A DNA stretch of 63,873 bases, the filler included, from Cercozoa sp. M6MM (Eukaryota > Protista > Endomyxa: Ascetosporea), in NCBI GenBank assembly GCA_040357565.1. It is 12 parts of 12 records of this genome, joined end to end, with 100 filler letters (N's around TTAATTAATTAA, not from the genome) between each part and the next. Parts side by side here need not be neighbours in the genome. Positions count along the whole stretch, not along the records: positions 52,880 to 59,724 come from JBDODJ010000685.1; positions 59,825 to 62,181 come from JBDODJ010001790.1; positions 62,282 to 63,873 come from JBDODJ010001982.1; 9 more parts are not named here. One strand, 5' to 3'. The notes under the pieces are model-generated. The model saw only the letters and a program-made list of their open reading frames with translations. It did no database searches and was not told the DNA's origin. Positions 57,361 through 63,873 of this stretch are shown here, one piece after another. A program made the translations under genes and the position numbers. Each line of letters opens with the position of its first letter. Position 1 is the first letter of the stretch.

Positions 57361-59650
57361 AGAAGTTTAAGACCAGATACCGTGCTGGCAACCCACAAAT
57401 AGTCGATCAGGGTCATGCTGCAGAGTGTCAATTGGGTCTCCGGTTGCAACTGCATGTTGGTGTTTCTTCCGAACACGAGCAGCAAGGAGTAGTCAGTCTG
57501 CATAGCGAAGAAACAATTTACAGTAGTATAGTGAAATCATGAGACACTGTCAGTACCGCGAACAGCGTGAAACCTAAGAACCTCCTGCAAGCAAAGACCA
57601 CGTACATCAATGCCCAATCCCAATATTTTTGATACAGTGGATTTACAAATCAGCGTCGAGAATGCTGAGAAGATCTTCAATGGTAAGCTGGGTTGAGGTT
57701 GTAGTCGCGCCTTGTCGAGAAGGAGTGGCAAGTGGCGTGTGGGAGAGACCTGCTGCGCCAGCACACATGATTGTCCACTCTGAACAAGCGTTTTGGGTAC
57801 CAGACTCCGATGGCAACACAAGCGAATGCGGCAGTCGCACGCGCGAGACGTCGACTGGCTGACGTGTAAACTGCAGAAGTTCCAAGAGACCGGGCTCACG
57901 TTGCATGGTCGTGAATGGTGACGCGTGCCGTTCCTAACAGGGCAGTACGTATCATAGTCGCAGAATTTTAAAGGCTTCATAGAGTTTACCATCAAAGAAA
58001 CTTCCATATGCCGATATTTGCCCTTGATGTCGAAGACTTCGCCGTGACTGCATTCGGCCGTCTGACGGGGGGGGGGGGGCCAAAAACAAGTAATGGCCAA
58101 ATAGCAAGTCTTTTCACATTCGGTGTCAGCAAAGCAAACTGTACCTGCACGGTTCCTTTCAATTGAACTGCGACAAACAAAGGAGTTCCTCTGACGTTGA
58201 CTTTGAGTACCGCTGTTCGGGAGGAAATGAAACGTATTTGGAGAAAAAGCGCCTTCAGTTCAGCAGAGGTTAAATCTTACCAAGGATTGGTGCTAGCATT
58301 GTTGGCTTTGCCACCGGCTTGCTGTCGCGAATTTCCACCAAATGATCGACGAACGCAGTGAGCATGTCTTCGTCTAAGAACATGTAGTGATCGCGCGTTT
58401 TCGTCATCTGAACAAACACACAACGTAAGTTTTATGTTTCGTTACTTTCCGCCTCAAATTAATTGAGAGGTACCGTTTTGACAACAAAGTGCTCGGTGAA
58501 AGCGAAGCGCTCGCCTCTGTTCGCAAGTTCATGGTCAAGGTAGGTAAGAACGAACGGAAAGATTCTCAAGGATCTTATTTTTCTTACGAACGAGAGGCGG
58601 CACCGCCTCCTCCAAAGCCTGCATGTTGAAGCTCTTCACTGATCTTCTCTTCCGTCACGTTGTACCTGCGTGTCACACCACAAAAGAACACAATATTACA
58701 GCTCATTTATGTGAATGCAGGCACTGTACGCTTGCCGAATGGGATCCAATAACACGTGCGCTCTTTCAAATTTGTCTGTTGCTGAAACGTCAACGCGTTG
58801 AAGGTCTCTCACTGCGACAACACAAGGGTCGTAGAATGTCAAGCCTACAATGTCTGAGACCGAACTGAACAGAAGATACATCGACGAACGATGAGACACG
58901 TCAGATCGCACTCTGGTGTGGCAGGCGCTAGTCGAGGTGTGGCAAGTGGAGCCGGACGTTCTTCCACGGCCGTGCTGTTGTGCTGGACGAGCAGTTGCGC
59001 AGCTGCCTTGGTCAGACCTTGCAACTTCGACATCACGGTTTCTTGGTTCGTCACGGTGACTTGTGTCAAGTTCGAGAAGACTGCACACTTTAACTCTGTG
59101 TCCTGCACCGAATAAACTGCTCCGTTGGCAAAACGAAACAGTCGATTGTGACGCAGTGACTGCGGGACTTGCACTCCTGCCAGCATGGCCACAGCGTAGC
59201 TCACCGAAACTCGAGAGTTTCTGAACTGTCTCGATGTGCACCCAGAGCACTCGACCAAGTTAACGGAGATGTCTCTGTCCTGCGGCGATGGCTCTTGGAT
59301 AGAGAACAAGTTCATCACGCATGGCGCGGTCGCAGTGCACTGACGAAGTTGGCCTATCAAATCAAGTCGGCGGTACAATATGCTGAGAAGCTGAGAACAG
59401 AAAGAAAGGATGCACACTACCCGGACTGTTGAAGCACCCGAAGAAGACTTGCACACCGACAGGATCGCTTGATTCAGATGTCTCTGGGTTCGCAAGCAGT
59501 TTGCACTCGACACCACGACGACCTTGTTCCTCCAGGGCCGCCTCAAACTCGACCTTGAACCTGCCAAGTCGCGCATCCCACCGTGTCAGACGCGCCGCCT
59601 TGTTGTTCCAGACATCTGAGCCAGAGTTTGCCGCCTTGAGTCTATTCAAA
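57146..59650 (-). CDS. Divergent phosphatidylinositol-phosphate kinase (PIP5K family) with N-terminal extension (5' truncated)
   Basis: Motifs in the correct order after splicing: SRSGERFAFTEHFVVKTM, TMLAPILG, VFDIKG, QTDYSLLL, LIDYL, NPWDYALTLQKFV. Confidence 0.8.
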
Positions 59651-59682
59651 CTCAATATCAACACTATGACCAAGAAGAAAAT

Positions 59683-59724
<42 letters not shown>

Positions 59725-59825
59725 NNNNNNNNNNNNNNNNNNNNNNNNNNNNNNNNNNNNNNNNNNNNTTAATTAATTAANNNNNNNNNNNNNNNNNNNN
59801 NNNNNNNNNNNNNNNNNNNNNNNNT

Positions 59826-59882
<57 letters not shown>

Positions 59883-59896
59883 CACATGAAGTATAC

Positions 59897-60261
59897 ATGA
59901 GGAGCGAAATGCGCTCACGCAGAGACTCGGCCGAGTTGTTGCCCTTGCCAACCACCAGCGTGAGTGCTCGGCGGAAGTGTTGTCGCATCAAAACACCCAC
60001 GTCGACCTGCCCAGCAGAGGCATGAGGTCCCACATGTCTTCGACTCAGTCACAGGGGTGCTAGTCAATACCTGCTGCATGAGTGCGTCGCTGTCCTCGTG
60101 TGACACCTGTGCCCAATACACACAACCATAGCTGGCTTCACCTCGAGTATGTAAGGACAAGCTGCACCAAGGCATGTAGCGGCGGCAATGCACTCGCCGC
60201 TGACTCGGCCGACGCCACGGCATCGACGGCCACGAGGCGCCAGCGGCTGTCAAAGTCTGCG

Positions 60262-60346
<85 letters not shown>

Positions 60347-60411
60347 CTACTTCCTGGTGCACAGGTACTGCTTGTCGGCTGAGAGTGTTGAGCGAGATGA
60401 GGACACTGACA
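59897..60411 (-). CDS. 5' exons of a hypothetical gene (may be the start of the PIP5K-like gene across the gap)
   Basis: Exons ADFDSRWRLVAVDAVASAESAASALPPLHALVQL and VGVLMRQHFRRALTLV separated by GT-AG introns. Confidence 0.4.
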
Positions 60412-60576
60412 TGGTATTATATCATGCTTGAGTGTATCTGTCAGTATAGCGATCGATATAAATATGTATATCTTAGCACGAGGACGAGAGCGAGCACGCC
60501 GACTTTTTGGTTTGTTTATGTGTCGTGTGTATGGGGATGTTTTCTGTACGGCCTTTGGTTTACTCTAAACTGAATT

Positions 60577-61920
60577 ATGCAGCTGCGTGGTTTCCGACGC
60601 CAGTTCCTGCGCATCCTGGCCGCCGATGACGGCCGTTTACGTCAGCACTTGCTGGTTCGTGCTGTTTACTGGGTGGCTGTACTCTGGCGTGTATGTGGGT
60701 ATGTGCAGGACGTCGGCAGCATTGTGCAACAGCGCAAGCGCCTGCTCGAGTCGTCGACGCTGCAACACGCGGTGTGTTCTCTTCTGATGAAACGGTATGT
60801 GCATGCACAGAGTGAACCCTGTGCAGATCTCGCGCGGTTTTTCCCGCGTCGTTGTGCGCATTCTGGCACGTCTATTGGCACATTGCGACCGTAGTTTCTC
60901 TGCGTCCTGTATGTATCTGTCCATACCTGTGTGTGTGTGTGTGTATCTAGGCGACGGAGGATTGCGTTTGTTGCACCACGCCTTGTGTAATTGCACGGGA
61001 GACTGCAAGTACCCAGTTCATATGACTGTGGGTGTGTGGTGTGTATGTGGTGTGTGTGTACTTCGGCAGGTGTGAAGCTCCCGGCTTTCGCCGACTGTGG
61101 TCGCAGCTGCTGCGCGTGTCATTCGCGCCGCACCGCCGTGCCCTGCTGGCCAACGGCAACGCAGACGAGGAGGCCGACGGCGACAGTGAGAGCAGCGGCG
61201 GCGGCACGGATGAGAGCGACGCTGCCGAGAGCGACGGCGTGCAGCACAACGAGCACTTCCCGTTCGCACGTGCTACGTGGCGTCTGCTTCAGTCGTTGCG
61301 GTATATGCTGTCTGTGTAAGCCGAGACACATATGCATGTATGTATCTGTGTGTAGACCAACTGCTGACGCAGCAGCAGCCGTCGATGTGGAAGCAAGCGA
61401 GACGGCACGTGTGCATGCCATGGCAGAGGTAGACGCTGTTGTCGTCTGTCTGTGCGTGCGTGTGTGTGATTATGCATGTTGTGGGTGTGTGTTGCAGGCA
61501 CTGCGAGCGCAGCTGGCGCTGTTGCAGCTTACGGAACTGCAAGGTGACGTTGCTGGCAAGATGGCGCCGTTGCTGTGGCTCGACGCCAGTGCACTCCACC
61601 TGAGTCAGCATCACGCCAACGCTGTCACCGCACCCGACAGCGACAGTGATATCTCCCACGACACCGTTATCTACCGGTATCACTGTGTCTGCGTGTTGTA
61701 CTTAATGGCGTATACCTGTACATCACAGGTGGTTACAACGCCTGTGTCGCCATCGCGACTTTGGTCTTCTCGACGTCGCCACGTGCGCCTGTTTGTGGTG
61801 CGTGTTGCACACATTTCTACTTGCTTGGCCATTGATGTGTGTGTGTGTGTATTGCGTAGGTGGCGGCGGCAGTCGCAACTGCGCGCCTTGTCAAACCTGC
61901 TGCAGCAGCTGCCTCGGTAG
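60577..61920 (+). CDS. Hypothetical multi-exon protein
   Basis: MQLRGFRRQFLRILAADD... with (GT)-rich introns and an acidic insert; 3' end uncertain. Confidence 0.55.
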
Positions 61921-62281
61921 TTAGTCGTTACCGTGCTTTGAAGTATTTACACTGACGCGTGCGTATTACAGAAATGAGGTCGATTTGGAGGGCTGGCTTG
62001 TGTTGGCCGAGGAGGGTACCCCTGTTCCCAGTTAACAAAGTTCAGTATTCTGTGTCTATTACTGCTGTGCCTGTAGAGGAAAGGGATACCGTGGTCGCCT
62101 TGGCACTGGTGCACAGTGTGTGCGACGCTGCCTCTGTACTTACCAGCACACTCATATTGTCTGGTTCTATGCATGGACACANNNNNNNNNNNNNNNNNNN
62201 NNNNNNNNNNNNNNNNNNNNNNNNNTTAATTAATTAANNNNNNNNNNNNNNNNNNNNNNNNNNNNNNNNNNNNNNNNNNNN

Positions 62282-62381
<100 letters not shown>

Positions 62382-62585
62382 TGGCTGTATGTCAAAGTGA
62401 GTATAGAGCACACACACACCGACATGGCTTGCTGAATGTCAAAATGCTTTGCTTTGCAGATTAATACTCTTGGTTATACCCTGGCCAAGATCAATTTATC
62501 CGTGTGCGCGGTTTCTTGTACCGCATTACATACTGTTAGTTGTCGATGACCGTCCCGCCTCCCGCTTTCAAAGGCAGAAGCTCCG

Positions 62586-62713
62586 AAGGGGAGTAGTTGT
62601 ATCCTAAGCGCGCGGCACTGTAGACAGGGCCATGCTTTTGACACCCACCCCACGACCGAGACCGGCGGGTGCAAGGGAACAGCGTACTGTAGTGTGTTTC
62701 TTCTGACTCAACT
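62586..62713 (+). repeat. Diverged copy of the dispersed SINE/LINE-end-like element
   Basis: AAGGGGAG..TTGTAT..CCTAAGCG.GCGG..GTAGACA.GGCCATGCT.TTG..ACCCACCCCA..GGTGCA.GGGAAC..GTTTC..GACTCAACT is collinear with the reverse complement of 21216-21336. Confidence 0.8.
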
Positions 62714-62871
62714 CCAGTATCTTCGGTTGAGGCTCACTTTAAGGTTAGTTCCCGTAACACTGAGTGAAGCTGCTTCCTGGAGGAAACCCAGTGAGTAGAC
62801 ACCTGGCGGACACCTGGATACGGCCATACTGACAACATGCGTCACAGTGCAGTCTGCATGCAGGTATTGCT

Positions 62872-62945
62872 GGGGGATTGGCGAAATCGGTATCGCGTCT
62901 CGTTCGCAACGAGAAGGCACCCGGGATCGAAACCTGGATTCTCCA
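62872..62945 (+). tRNA. tRNA-Ala (CGC)
   Basis: Cloverleaf: acceptor GGGGGAT/ATTCTCC with G3:U70; D stem GCGA/TCGC; anticodon stem TCTCG/CGAGA with loop TT-CGC-AA; T stem CCGGG/CCTGG; discriminator A. Confidence 0.93.
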
Positions 62946-62946
62946 C

Positions 62947-62951
62947 TTTTT
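62947..62951 (+). terminator. Pol III oligo-T terminator of tRNA-Ala
   Basis: TTTTT begins two bases after the discriminator. Confidence 0.8.
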
Positions 62952-63081
62952 GCACTGCCCAACAAGGGGGGGCAGGTGTCTTTGCTGCTATGCGCTCGTT
63001 CAATGGCTTGTAAGCTGCGTATATGTCCAGGTGGCCGAGTTCTCTAATTCGCAACTTGGACTACCATAAGTTTATGTCTGC

Positions 63082-63734
63082 AGTATGAATCCAAGTCATA
63101 CCTGCACGGGAAAGACGGATCAGACACGATGTACCTGGAAACAATTGGCTGCGGTGCCACCCACAACGAAAGGTCTTGGTACCATGCCGCCAACCAAAAA
63201 GGTAAGGTACATTTAATTGCTTCAATTGGTATCGTTAGGGTAAGCTTAACCACCTTCCGTGCAGAGCAGAAAACACCGGAGAACAAAGAGCGCTTGGAAG
63301 TAATTCTTCGACACTGGGAAAGCATCGTTGAACGGCATCGATAGTGCAGGAAGTTGTTTCGACAGACATGTTATGGGTTCACTTTGTTGCCGCTCAGCAG
63401 GGTGCGTGTGCACTGTCTTTTCCTTATCAGGCTTTGTGCCGCCACTCTACAGGATGTGGTATCAGTCTACTGTTCCGTACTGTACAGCAACCTGTGCGCC
63501 CTACCATGACCTGGCTTTGCCCTTCTACGTGCCGAGAAGCGGTACCTGGTTTATCTGCCTCTTTTTTGCCTGTAAGCTTACATCATGAGTGTTTGTATAA
63601 TTGTCTTTAGTTTTTGCAGACACACGCAAGTGGCACTGACTCGGCAAGCCGGAGCTCAGCGCGCCTGCATGGCGTACACTCGCACTCTTAAGGAGCAAGA
63701 ACTGTTTGCTTCGATGGCCTACGAGCTGCTCCAG
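63082..63734 (+). CDS. Possible multi-exon hypothetical gene running out of the window
   Basis: Intron-like GT...AG segments and exon HTQVALTRQAGAQRACMAYTRTLKEQELFASMAYELLQ; upstream frame unresolved. Confidence 0.3.
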
Positions 63735-63873
63735 GTGCATGCCGACCTGCTCATTGTCTAGGCTTGAGTCACAAGCACCATTACCAAGCGTGACAGCAAC
63801 AGAGAGAGAAAGAGAGAGAAATAGAGGGAGAGAGGAAGAGGAAGAGAAGGAGAGGGAGAGATAGGAGGGAGAT

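Overview
Eukaryotic, most likely protist, nuclear DNA from a draft assembly. Twelve contigs are joined by an artificial 100-bp spacer (N44-TTAATTAATTAA-N44), so many genes are cut at contig ends. The window is gene-dense and very intron-rich, with short GT-AG introns and the standard genetic code, so most of the supplied ORF track is fragments or microsatellite translations. Gene models below were spliced by hand. Recognisable products: CDF metal transporter, Qc-SNARE, RBR E3 ligase, MetAP1, GT92-like glycosyltransferase, EH-domain protein, HerA/FtsK-like P-loop NTPase, KGD4/MRPS36, mucolipin, WRAP53/TCAB1, aromatic amino-acid decarboxylase, deoxyhypusine synthase, BUD13, a PH-domain protein, Nup188, a Ded1/DDX3-type helicase with a mitochondrial-like leader, a secreted plant-type LRR protein, a divergent PIP5K, and tRNA-Ala(CGC). 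The most interesting signals lie outside protein identity. (1) A strongly over-represented 10-bp palindrome, TCCGCGCGGA, occurs in introns and exons. (2) Splice donors are degenerate (GTRY, weak +5G) at about 11-13 introns per kb of CDS. (3) Introns are filled with locus-specific simple-repeat dialects. (4) A dispersed retroelement-like family with a conserved end motif, plus RTE-like LINE relics, sits in 3' intergenic space. Family calls rest on recalled motifs, not database searches; species identity cannot be established from this window.
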